Assembly: GCA_001604065.1 (NCBI GenBank)
Contig: LVAO01000008.1
Location: forward strand, 40,646 to 104,645
Length of the DNA stretch: 64,000 bases
From: Clostridiales bacterium Firm_09
GTDB lineage: Bacteria > Bacillota > Clostridia > Christensenellales > DTU072
Direction: 5' to 3'
The notes under the pieces are model-generated. The model did no database searches. It had not been told where the DNA came from and saw only the letters and a program-made list of their open reading frames with translations. The translations under genes and the position numbers were made by a program. Positions 1 through 8,344 of this stretch are shown piece after piece (positions within the stretch are counted from its first letter, which is position 1; the number at the start of each line of letters is the position of its first letter).

Positions 1-56
1 TCCCGGCAGAACACGCAGCTTCGGAAGCTTTGGCGACAATAAGCGCAAATTCTGAT

Positions 57-1388
57 ATGGATACCATCGTTGCAGAGTCCACCTCTCCGGTCAGCGCCGG
101 AGCTGTGGGCATTGTCAGACTTTCGGGCGAAAACGCTCTGCCTCTTGCCCTCCGCGTTTTCTCTTCCAAAGAGATTGCCTCCCCGGACAGTGTTGAACCC
201 AGAAAAATGATTCTCGGCATGCTGCGTACCGATACTCTGATGGACAAGGCGTTTTGCTTTTACTGCAAAGCGCCTCTCTCATTTACGGGAGAAGATGTGG
301 TAGAAATCCAGACCCACGGCGGACGTGCGGTGATCCGTTCTCTCATCCGAACATTGGTGAGTTTCGGGGCACGCCCGGCTCTTCCCGGCGAATTCTCAAA
401 ACGGGCATATCTTAACGGGAAGCTGACATTGGATGCGGCAGAAGGCATCGCAGACCTTATAAGTGCGCGCAGCGAGGCCGAAGCCATGCAGGCTTACCGC
501 CTGTTGAGCGGAGATCTTGCCAAAGGCATTTATGCGTCCGAAGAACGTCTGACCCTTGCTCTCGCCAATCTGGAAGTTGCATTGGATTATCCGGAAGAGC
601 TTCTTGAGGATACCGATACAACATGTTTGGGTATCGTAAAATCGGTTCTGAGCGACCTGAAACTACTTCTTGCGCATTCACGCGACGGAAAGAAAATACG
701 GGAGGGCATTACCGTCGCAATTGCCGGGCTGCCCAACGCAGGCAAATCCAGCCTTCTCAATGCGCTGCTCAAGGATGAGAGGGCCATCGTGACGGATATC
801 CCCGGTACGACGCGGGACACCTTATACGAAACACTGGAAATCAACGGAACGCCCGTCAACCTTGTCGATACGGCCGGACTTCGCGATACGGAGGATCTCA
901 TTGAAAAGATCGGCGTAGCAAAAGCAAAAGACGCCATCAACGGAGCGGATCTTGTGCTTCTGCTGGAAGACGGTTCGGTACCTCAAACCAAAGAAGAAAA
1001 AGAATTATTCTTATCCTTAAAAAACAAGAAGCACATCGTTGTACAAAGCAAATCCGATGCCGCTCGCTACCCTCGGGAGGAAGCGGACCTATGTATTTCT
1101 TCAAAAACGGGAGAAAACCTTGGTGCATTATTGGATAGGATTCTTGCCGATACGGGTGCAAAGGCTCTCGCCGACACCGCGGTGCTCACAAGAGAACGGC
1201 ATGTGTTTGCTGTAAAAAAGGCAGTCGATGCGCTTCAATGCGCGGTCGATAACTTTTTTTCTGTTTCACCGGACTGTACTGCAGTGGATTTGCGCACCGC
1301 CTGCCGGGCGCTCGCAAGCATTACCGGCGACGATGTGACAGAAGAAGTATACGAAAAGATATTCTCGGAGTTTTGTGTAGGAAAATAA
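57..1388 (+). CDS. mnmE: tRNA modification GTPase MnmE (TrmE)
   Basis: ORF 30..1388. N-terminus MDTIVAESTSPVSAGAVGIVRLSG, G-domain motifs GLPNAGKSSLLN and DTAGLR, and C-terminal FCVGK are MnmE hallmarks. I chose the ATG at 57 over the TTG at 30 because homologs begin near M-D-T-I. Confidence 0.93.
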   Translation: MDTIVAESTSPVSAGAVGIVRLSGENALPLALRVFSSKEIASPDSVEPRKMILGMLRTDTLMDKAFCFYCKAPLSFTGEDVVEIQTHGGRAVIRSLIRTLVSFGARPALPGEFSKRAYLNGKLTLDAAEGIADLISARSEAEAMQAYRLLSGDLAKGIYASEERLTLALANLEVALDYPEELLEDTDTTCLGIVKSVLSDLKLLLAHSRDGKKIREGITVAIAGLPNAGKSSLLNALLKDERAIVTDIPGTTRDTLYETLEINGTPVNLVDTAGLRDTEDLIEKIGVAKAKDAINGADLVLLLEDGSVPQTKEEKELFLSLKNKKHIVVQSKSDAARYPREEADLCISSKTGENLGALLDRILADTGAKALADTAVLTRERHVFAVKKAVDALQCAVDNFFSVSPDCTAVDLRTACRALASITGDDVTEEVYEKIFSEFCVGK

Positions 1389-1545
1389 AGACGGATGACT
1401 ACCTGCTTGTCCACTGCGATTTTAATCATCATGCCGGGTCATGGATTGACGGAACACCTTCCTGCCGAAAACTTTTGCCGATTGCATACCGCACGCATCC
1501 CTGACATAATTCCTGCAAGCTCTTTCCGACAGAGGAATGCTGACT

Positions 1546-3405
1546 ATGAATAAAACTTTTGACGCCATTGTAATCGGAGGCGGACATGCCGGTGTCGAAG
1601 CTGCCCATGCGCTTGCCGCGATGGGTCACAACACTCTCATACTTTCTTTGACGCTGGACGCAATTGCCTTTCTTGCCTGCAATCCCAATATCGGAGGTAC
1701 GGGCAAAGGTCATCTTGTCAAAGAGATTGACGCGCTTGGCGGCATCATGGGCATTCTGGCGGATAAGGCCACCATTCAGACACGTATGCTGAATACAGGC
1801 AACGGTCCCGCCGTCCAGAGCCTGCGCGCACAGGTGGATAAGGCGCTCTATCATCGGCTTGCCAAGGCCGCGCTGGAAACCACGCCCAATCTTTCGATTC
1901 TTGAAGGCGAAGCAACAGAACTTCTGATCGAAAACAATACGGTCAAAGGCATCCGAACCGCAATGGGCGATACGTATTTTGCAAAAGCAATCATTCTTGC
2001 GACTGGCGTTTATCTGGACAGCCGGATTATTATCGGCGAATGCATACGGGAGACGGGTCCCAACGGATATATCCGCAGCTCAAAATTGTCCGCCAATCTC
2101 AGCCGCCTGGGCTTAAGCATCCGAAGATTCAAAACAGGGACCCCCGCAAGAGTGCTGGCTTCGTCCATCGATTTTTCCAAAATGATTCCTCAGTACGGGG
2201 ATCAAGGGATACCTGCCTTCAGTTATATGACAGATTACAAGGTGCGCAATGACTACCTCTGTTATCTTACGTATACAAACCAGACCACCCATAAAATCAT
2301 TCTCGACAATCTGGATAAGGCGCCGCTGTATAACGGCACCATTTCCGGCATCGGGCCAAGGTATTGTCCGTCGATCGAATCGAAGATTGTGCGCTTCAAG
2401 GACAAGGAGCGTCATCAGGTATTTATAGAACCGGAAGGTGCGGATACGACCGAAATGTATGTGCAGGGGATGTCCACTTCTCTTCCTTATGACGTGCAGG
2501 AAAAGATGCTTGCAACCATTGCCGGACTCGAAAACGTAAAAATCATGCGCTACGGCTATGCGATAGAATACGATTGTCTGGACGCAACAGAATTTTATCC
2601 GACGCTGCAAAGCAAAAAAATCCAGGGTTTCTTCTCTGCCGGACAATCCAACGGCAGCAGCGGATACGAAGAAGCGGCGGCTCAGGGACTGATGGCGGGG
2701 ATCAATGCCGCCCTTTATTTGGAGAAGCGCGAAGGGCTGGTTCTGCGTCGCGACCAGGCGTACATCGGGGTTCTGATTGACGATCTTGTCACCAAAGGCG
2801 CAGACGAACCCTATCGCATGATGACTTCGCGCGCCGAGTACCGTTTGCAGCTGAGACAGGACAATGCGGACATCCGTCTGACCGAAATCGGAAGAGCCGT
2901 CGGTCTTGTCAAGGATGACAGATACCAAAAATATCTTGAACATACCGCCGAAATCGGCCGGATACAGAAGATGCTTTCTTTGACTTTTTCACCGGACAAG
3001 ATCGCCGAAGTTTTTGCCATGCGCGGCGAGCCTCTTCCCAAAAGCGGATTGTCCGCAAAAGATTTTTTGAGAAGAACGGCGCTCAACGCAGACGACCTTG
3101 TCAAAGTTTCAAAAGAGTTCGCAGAAGTCTCTCCCCGCGCGCTTGCCTATGTTGAGACCGAACTCAAATATGAAGGATATCTCGAAAAGCAGAAGCGTGA
3201 AATCCGTGAGGAGGCGCGGCTGGAAGAACTAGCTCTGCCGGCAGACTTCGACTACGACAAAGTGGAAGGGTTGCTGACGGAGGCGCGTCAGAAGCTGCAG
3301 AAAATCAAACCTCTTACCATTGCGCAGGCCTCACGCATCAGCGGTGTTACGCCCGCCGATATCACCGTCCTTATCATTTATCTAAAAAAGAAAGCCGCAA
3401 AATAA
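1546..3405 (+). CDS. mnmG: tRNA uridine 5-carboxymethylaminomethyl modification enzyme MnmG (GidA)
   Basis: ORF 1537..3405. FAD-binding start FDAIVIGGGHAGVEAA and length of about 620 aa, immediately after mnmE. SD AGAGGA at 1531-1536 is spaced correctly for the ATG at 1546 and too close to the ATG at 1537. Confidence 0.93.
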   Translation: MNKTFDAIVIGGGHAGVEAAHALAAMGHNTLILSLTLDAIAFLACNPNIGGTGKGHLVKEIDALGGIMGILADKATIQTRMLNTGNGPAVQSLRAQVDKALYHRLAKAALETTPNLSILEGEATELLIENNTVKGIRTAMGDTYFAKAIILATGVYLDSRIIIGECIRETGPNGYIRSSKLSANLSRLGLSIRRFKTGTPARVLASSIDFSKMIPQYGDQGIPAFSYMTDYKVRNDYLCYLTYTNQTTHKIILDNLDKAPLYNGTISGIGPRYCPSIESKIVRFKDKERHQVFIEPEGADTTEMYVQGMSTSLPYDVQEKMLATIAGLENVKIMRYGYAIEYDCLDATEFYPTLQSKKIQGFFSAGQSNGSSGYEEAAAQGLMAGINAALYLEKREGLVLRRDQAYIGVLIDDLVTKGADEPYRMMTSRAEYRLQLRQDNADIRLTEIGRAVGLVKDDRYQKYLEHTAEIGRIQKMLSLTFSPDKIAEVFAMRGEPLPKSGLSAKDFLRRTALNADDLVKVSKEFAEVSPRALAYVETELKYEGYLEKQKREIREEARLEELALPADFDYDKVEGLLTEARQKLQKIKPLTIAQASRISGVTPADITVLIIYLKKKAAK

Positions 3406-3450
3406 TCCTTCCTTTTTTTCAATAAAGCGCCTAAAGACAGAATTAAACGA

Positions 3451-3815
3451 ATTAAGGAACCACTTCATAAATCACGTTTACAGAATGAATTTTGATATTC
3501 AGGTGCGGATTTCGAAATTATAGCGGAATCTGATGGTGGTTTCCTCTCTGGTTTTCGGCTGATATTCAGCCTTTTTATTCGGTTTTTGCTGTTTTTGGTC
3601 AGACCTATCCTATACCCGTAACAGTTGATGATAATATTTTACCATAAACAAGGGCAAAACAGTGTAAACTTTTGAGCTTTAAGCAAATCTTTTCGGTCGC
3701 TTTCCGTCTGCCCGTCGTCGAAGGCAACGCTATTGCCTTCTTCCTCGGTCAACCGCAAATCGCCTCGAAAATCTTTTGCTTGAATTCTCAAAGATTCATG
3801 AAGTGTTTCCTTAAT
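3451..3815. repeat. 365-bp non-coding element bounded by imperfect 23-bp inverted repeats (MITE-like element or structured RNA)
   Basis: 3451-3473 ATTAAGGAACCACTTCATAAATC versus the reverse complement of 3793-3815, ATTAAGGAAACACTTCATGAATC: 21/23 identical by hand alignment. Similarity continues inward with indels. A nested inverted pair lies near 3671-3700 and 3762-3792. No credible ORF. Confidence 0.45.
3557..3576 (+). terminator. Short hairpin plus U-tract inside the mnmG-rsmG gap
   Basis: GGCTGA-TAT-TCAGCC followed by TTTTT. The stem is only 6 bp and lies about 150 nt after the mnmG stop. Confidence 0.35.
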
Positions 3816-3979
3816 ACTTTTCCAGCCAACCGGTAACCGTGTGCAAGTTCTTATACGAAATACGGATAAGAAGTTGTTTCCGTCCGGAAAGATCCGGATA
3901 CTTCCGGTCCCTCCCGCGTTTTCTTTCTTCCGCTTGCCTTTCTATTATCCTGTTTCTCCTCTTCTGGCTTATTTTTCTG

Positions 3980-4008
3980 TTGCATTCCGCAACAAACAAT
4001 GTTATAAT
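3980..4008 (+). promoter_or_regulatory. Sigma-A-type promoter for rsmG-parB-gltX
   Basis: -35 TTGCAT (3980-3985), 17-nt spacer, extended -10 TGTTATAAT (4000-4008), about 30-80 nt upstream of the candidate rsmG starts. Confidence 0.5.
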
Positions 4009-4037
4009 TCCTCTGAGAAAAGGTTATTTCTGTAACA

Positions 4038-4769
4038 ATGAGCAACAAAACCGATTCATTCTGTTGCTTCATGGCTACAAAAGGCAATATGGGCTTTACA
4101 CAAACAAAATTATCCGCATGGGCGGACCAAACCACCGCAAATCTCTATGAACGGTATCTTGACCTGCTTTTTGAGTATAATGCACGCTTTAATCTGACCG
4201 CGATTCCCTCAAGGGAAGACGCTGTCGTCAAACATCTTCTGGACAGTCTTGCGGCAGAAAAACATATCCCCCAAAATGCCACGCTTCTGGATATCGGCAG
4301 CGGATGCGGCTGCCCCGGGATTCCGCTTAAGATAGCGCGCCCCGACATTTCGCTCACGATGCTGGACAGCACCGAAAAGAAAATCGGATTCCTGAACCTT
4401 GTCATACAAGAACTGAACCTTTTGCAAACAACGGCCATTTGCGCCCGGGCAGAAGAATATGCAAAGACAAGCGCAAGAGAATGTTTTGACGTCGTTACCG
4501 CGCGTGCTGTCGCCGCGCTGCCCATCTTGCTGGAACTTTGCGCGCCTTTTGTAAAGTCCGGAGGCCTCTTGATTGCTTATAAGGGTGTCAAAGAAGAAGA
4601 ATCCTTGGGCGCCCATGCCGCAAAAACACTTGGCCTTTCATTGTACAAGAAAGAGGAATATATGTTGGACGGACAATATTCCCGCACTTTACTTCTTTAC
4701 CATAAAATAACGCATACGCCGGAAAATTATCCGCGTCTGTATGCAAGGATACAAAAGAAGCCGCTTTAA
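4038..4769 (+). CDS. rsmG: 16S rRNA (guanine527-N7)-methyltransferase RsmG (GidB)
   Basis: NLTAI...VKHLLDSL and SAM-binding LLDIGSGCGCPGIPL motifs, about 240 aa. The start is uncertain: ATG at 4038, 4071 or 4089. The ATG at 4089 has the best AAAGG spacing. Confidence 0.88.
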   Translation: MSNKTDSFCCFMATKGNMGFTQTKLSAWADQTTANLYERYLDLLFEYNARFNLTAIPSREDAVVKHLLDSLAAEKHIPQNATLLDIGSGCGCPGIPLKIARPDISLTMLDSTEKKIGFLNLVIQELNLLQTTAICARAEEYAKTSARECFDVVTARAVAALPILLELCAPFVKSGGLLIAYKGVKEEESLGAHAAKTLGLSLYKKEEYMLDGQYSRTLLLYHKITHTPENYPRLYARIQKKPL

Positions 4770-4789
4770 CGGCAAACAGGAGGAAACCA

Positions 4790-5680
4790 ATGGCTAAACG
4801 AATCGGAAGAGGCTTAAAAAACCTTTTGGAAAATATCGAAGATGAAACCATTCTCAACGCTGCTCCGGCAGAAATTCTGGAAGGCGAGCGCGTTTACAAT
4901 ATTGATATCGCAAAGATTTCACCCGATCCCACACAGCCACGCAAATATTTCGGCGAGCGCGAGCAGAAAGAGCTTGAGGACAGCATACGCGTTCATGGCA
5001 TTATCCAACCCCTTATTCTGGCTCAAAGTGAAGAGGGCTATACGATTGTCGCAGGCGAACGTCGCTACCGCGCCGCTCTCGCCATCGGATTGACGACAGT
5101 CCCTGCCATAATAAAAAAGCTGGACGCAAAACAGCGCAGGGAAATCAGCTTAATCGAAAACCTTCAGCGTGAGGATCTTAATCCCATCGAAGAAGCCGAA
5201 GCGCTGAACGAATTTGCAGCCTTGTACCATCTCACCCAAGAAGAAGTTGCCCATCGCATCGGCAAAGCAAGAAGCAGCGTCGCCAACACGCTGCGGCTGC
5301 TTGCTCTGGATGAAGAAGTCAAAACACTCGTACGTCAGGACCGGCTGTCCGCCGGACATGCAAGAGCGCTTCTTCCCATCACCAATCGCGATGCGCAGGT
5401 GGAATTCGCTTACAAGTCCTGTGATGGGCAGCTTTCTGTCCGCGAATTGGAAGTCCGCGTCCGTTACTATCTCAATCCGGAACTTGCTCCCAAAAAGATG
5501 GACCCTGCCATGCGCACGCAGCTGACTCTTGAAATGAGAAATCTGGTCGACGACATGAAGCGCATCTTTTCTACGAAGGTCAAGGTCATCGGCAATGAGA
5601 ATAAAGGACGCATTTTCATTGACTATTTTACGAAAGACGATTTGCAAAGGATCTATGAACTGATGGACAAGCTGAAATAA
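4790..5680 (+). CDS. parB: ParB/Spo0J/Noc-family DNA-binding protein (no adjacent ParA)
   Basis: N-terminal GRGLKNLL, ParB box VAGERRYRAALAIGL and an HTH region. GGAGG SD. It follows rsmG as noc does in Bacillus. I cannot separate Spo0J-type from Noc-type from sequence alone. Confidence 0.85.
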   Translation: MAKRIGRGLKNLLENIEDETILNAAPAEILEGERVYNIDIAKISPDPTQPRKYFGEREQKELEDSIRVHGIIQPLILAQSEEGYTIVAGERRYRAALAIGLTTVPAIIKKLDAKQRREISLIENLQREDLNPIEEAEALNEFAALYHLTQEEVAHRIGKARSSVANTLRLLALDEEVKTLVRQDRLSAGHARALLPITNRDAQVEFAYKSCDGQLSVRELEVRVRYYLNPELAPKKMDPAMRTQLTLEMRNLVDDMKRIFSTKVKVIGNENKGRIFIDYFTKDDLQRIYELMDKLK

Positions 5681-5748
5681 CCCATCTCCAAGCCGGTCCA
5701 GATTCTATTCTGCAATTAGCAATTACACGATAATAAAAAGGATTCGCC

Positions 5749-7185
5749 ATGAAAATAAGAACCAGATTCGCGCCCAGTCCCACAGGGTTTATGCATATCG
5801 GCAACCTCAGAACGGCGCTTTATGCTTATCTCTTTGCAAAGCACAACGACGGAGACTTCCTTCTCCGCATAGAAGACACCGATCAGGAGCGCTATGTCGA
5901 AGGCGCCGTTGATCTGATCTACCGGACGCTTGCCGCAGCCGGCATTGTTCCCGACGAGAGTCCCGCCAATCCCGGCGATTGCGGACCCTATATCCAAAGC
6001 GAAAGAAAGGCCATTTATGCAGAATACGCCCATAAGCTGGTCGAACTGGGCGGGGCATACTACTGCTTCTGCAGCAAAGAACGGCTGGAAAGTCTTACGG
6101 ATGAGAATGGCAATCGAAAATACGACAAGCATTGTCTGCATCTTCCGAAGGAGGAAATCGCAAGACGCCTCGCTGCGGGCGAACCTTACGTTATCCGTCA
6201 GAATATTCCCACGGAAGGCATATCTTCCTATGAGGATATGGTTTTTGGCACAATTTCTGTCGATTGCAAAGATTTAGAGGACAATATTCTTTTGAAATCG
6301 GACGGAATGCCCACCTATAATTTTGCCAATGTCGTCGACGATCATTTGATGCGGATCTCCCATGTTATACGCGGTACAGAATATTTAAGCTCCACGCCCA
6401 AATACAATCTGATTTACAAAAGCTTTGGTTGGGAGCCGCCCAGATATATGCACCTCCCTCCCATCATGAAGGACGCCCAACGCAAGCTTTCCAAAAGATA
6501 CGGCGATGCAAATTTTGAAGACTTTATTGCAAAAGGCTATCTTCCCGAGGCAATCGTCAATTATATTGCCCTGCTCGGATGGAGTCCGGGCGACAATAAA
6601 GAAAAATTCTCGCTTGCAGAGCTGATCGAACGCTTTTCTGTAGAAGGTCTCGGCCGCTCCGGAAGCATCTTTGACGAAGAAAAAATGCGTTGGCTGAACG
6701 GTCAATACATCCGCGAATTAACAAAAGAACGTTTCGAAGAACTCGCAAAGCCTTTCTTTGATAAATCCAAGATCGCAAACAAATATGATTATAAAAAATT
6801 TACCGCTTTGCTTCAACCACGCGTAGAGACTCTGGGCGAAATCCCCGCCAAGGTTGCATTTCTCGCAGAATATACACCGGATTTTGATCTGAATCTTTAT
6901 ACGAACAAGAAAAATAAAACAGATGCGACGCTCGCAAAGACCGTCATCGGAATATCCTTGCGCCTCCTCGAAAACTGTGGAGACTTTGACATCAATGTTC
7001 TGCATGAGCAATTCAGTGCCGAGGCAGAAGCACGGAACATCAAAAAAGGCGCCTTCCTCTGGTGCTTCCGGATTGCGATTACCGGCCAGGAAGTGACACC
7101 CGGCGGCGCCTTTGAAATGGCCGACATTCTCGGCAAAGAAGAATGCCTCTCCCGTCTCCGTTCGCAACTTTCTAGGCTCGCTTAA
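5749..7185 (+). CDS. gltX: Glutamate--tRNA ligase
   Basis: Class I HIGH motif (PSPTGFMHIGNLRTAL) and KMSKS-like KLSKR, 478 aa, AAGGA SD. Confidence 0.93.
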   Translation: MKIRTRFAPSPTGFMHIGNLRTALYAYLFAKHNDGDFLLRIEDTDQERYVEGAVDLIYRTLAAAGIVPDESPANPGDCGPYIQSERKAIYAEYAHKLVELGGAYYCFCSKERLESLTDENGNRKYDKHCLHLPKEEIARRLAAGEPYVIRQNIPTEGISSYEDMVFGTISVDCKDLEDNILLKSDGMPTYNFANVVDDHLMRISHVIRGTEYLSSTPKYNLIYKSFGWEPPRYMHLPPIMKDAQRKLSKRYGDANFEDFIAKGYLPEAIVNYIALLGWSPGDNKEKFSLAELIERFSVEGLGRSGSIFDEEKMRWLNGQYIRELTKERFEELAKPFFDKSKIANKYDYKKFTALLQPRVETLGEIPAKVAFLAEYTPDFDLNLYTNKKNKTDATLAKTVIGISLRLLENCGDFDINVLHEQFSAEAEARNIKKGAFLWCFRIAITGQEVTPGGAFEMADILGKEECLSRLRSQLSRLA

Positions 7186-7209
7186 GTTTCTCTTATTAAA
7201 ATCAAATCA

Positions 7210-7245
7210 GGCGGTCCATACCAGTTGTGGAACCGCCTTTTTTCT
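7210..7245 (+). terminator. Intrinsic terminator after gltX
   Basis: GGCGGTCCA / TGGAACCGCC stem (one bulge), 9-nt loop, then TTTTTT. Confidence 0.7.
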
Positions 7246-7302
7246 TTCGGGATTGCCATTGGCATCTTTTGCGCTTATTTGATAAAAACCTGTTAAAATC
7301 AG

Positions 7303-7331
7303 TTGACAAACATCGTTATTTTGTTTAATAT
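7303..7331 (+). promoter_or_regulatory. Promoter of the tRNA operon
   Basis: -35 TTGACA (7303-7308), 17-nt spacer, -10 TAATAT (7326-7331), about 15 nt upstream of the first tRNA. Confidence 0.6.
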
Positions 7332-7345
7332 ATATAAGCATTCAT

Positions 7346-7422
<77 letters not shown>

Positions 7423-7426
7423 AATT

Positions 7427-7503
7427 GGCGGCGTAGCTTAGTTGGTTATAGCGGCCGGTTCATACCCGGCAGGTCGTAGGTTCGAATCCCACCGCCGCTA
7501 CCA
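7427..7503 (+). tRNA. Elongator tRNA-Met (anticodon CAT)
   Basis: GGCGGCGTAGCT... acceptor and GGTTCATACCCGG anticodon arm resemble Bacillus elongator tRNA-Met. Encoded CCA. The tRNA-Ile2 (lysidine) alternative was considered and is less likely. Confidence 0.8.
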
Positions 7504-7509
7504 TTCCGG

Positions 7510-7584
7510 GGCCCCATGGTCAAGTGGTTAAGACATCGCCCTTTCACGGCGGTAACAGGAGTTCAAACCTCCTTGGGGTCACCA
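7510..7584 (+). tRNA. tRNA-Glu (anticodon TTC)
   Basis: GGCCCCATGGTCAAGTGGTTAAGACATCGCCCTTTCACGGCGG... is the classic Firmicute tRNA-Glu sequence. Encoded CCA. Confidence 0.92.
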
Positions 7585-7589
7585 ATGCC

Positions 7590-7665
7590 GGGAGCATAGC
7601 TCAGCTGGGAGAGCGCATGCCTTACAAGCATGATGTCACAGGTTCGAGCCCTGTTGTTCCCACCA
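7590..7665 (+). tRNA. tRNA-Val (anticodon TAC)
   Basis: GGGAGCATAGCTCAGCTGGGAGAGCG with CCTTACAAG anticodon loop, a complementary 7-bp acceptor stem and encoded CCA. Confidence 0.9.
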
Positions 7666-7666
7666 T

Positions 7667-7696
7667 AAAAAGCTGCCTCCCAAAGGCAGCTTTTTA
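7667..7696 (+). terminator. Intrinsic terminator of the tRNA operon
   Basis: AGCTGCC-TCCCAAA-GGCAGCT followed by TTTTT, flanked by an A-tract. Confidence 0.8.
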
Positions 7697-8286
7697 GTTG
7701 TCTTAAAAGATTTTCAGAGTTTCTTATCAGAAGATCCGAAAGATTTCTCATATCCTCCCGACGTGATTATTGTTGCGGGAATGCGCACCGATTTTCTATC
7801 CCTTCTCAATAAATTCTTCTGCCGCATTTTATCAAATGCTTTTTCTTTTTGAAAATGCTTTCCACAATGCGTTTTGCGCAATTTTATTTTTGTGCAGGTT
7901 TGAGAATGGCATAACCGGATGCCGTTCCTGTTTCAGCCATTGTCCTGTCTTTTTATTCTGTTTTACCGTTTTTTCGTCCTATGATTATGGAATTCAGATT
8001 TGTTAAAAAATATTTGCACGGAATGGCGACAATCAACGATTGTATCCCAAAACGCCTGCTAATCTTTTGCGCCATTCAACGATTTCTGAAGCGTTCTCTT
8101 ATTGATGCACAGCACATAATTTAAGAATTCTCTCATGGTACAATATTTTCTGACGATTCTTCTGTTTTTTCTTTCATTATAAGAAAACGCCGCCTTGCCC
8201 CGGCCTTCGTCCATATTTCTCGCAATCCTGCTATCGGTCCCAAAGCAAAAAATTGCAATATTATTATTTTTTTGCCAAATATAACC

Positions 8287-8314
8287 AAAAACCGCCTGTT
8301 TCCAAGCGGTTTTT
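8287..8314 (-). terminator. Intrinsic terminator after gyrA (bidirectional shape)
   Basis: AAAAACCGC / GCGGTTTTT stem with a 10-nt loop, about 30 nt downstream of the gyrA stop. Confidence 0.7.
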
Positions 8315-8320
8315 CGAAAA

Positions 8321-8336
8321 TGTTCCATGTGAAACA
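8321..8336. promoter_or_regulatory. parS-like centromere site (15/16 match)
   Basis: TGTTCCATGTGAAACA versus the Bacillus parS TGTTCCACGTGAAACA. One mismatch at position 8. Confidence 0.6.
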
Positions 8337-8344
8337 ATTTGTTT

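Noticed and set aside
1-55. 3' end of an upstream gene (possibly jag), readable in two frames that end at 42 or 55.
   Set aside because: There are too few residues and neither reading resembles the Jag R3H C-terminus I remember. I did not annotate it.
3811-4150. Four overlapping 60-100-aa ORFs on both strands just upstream of rsmG.
   Set aside because: They lie in a pyrimidine/purine-skewed low-complexity tract, overlap one another in several frames and lack SDs. I treat the region as non-coding.
7427-7503. The second CAT-anticodon tRNA could be tRNA-Ile2 (lysidine-modified), given that tilS is in the window.
   Set aside because: The acceptor stem GGCGGCG... and the GGTTCATACC anticodon arm resemble Firmicute elongator tRNA-Met rather than tRNA-Ile2. 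Sequence alone cannot fully exclude Ile2.
8326-8337. 12-mer TGTGAAACAATT is shared between 8326-8337 and 16459-16470, suggesting a dispersed repeat.
   Set aside because: Most of the match is the parS right half-site GTGAAACA. A single 12-mer coincidence is expected by chance many times in 64 kb.
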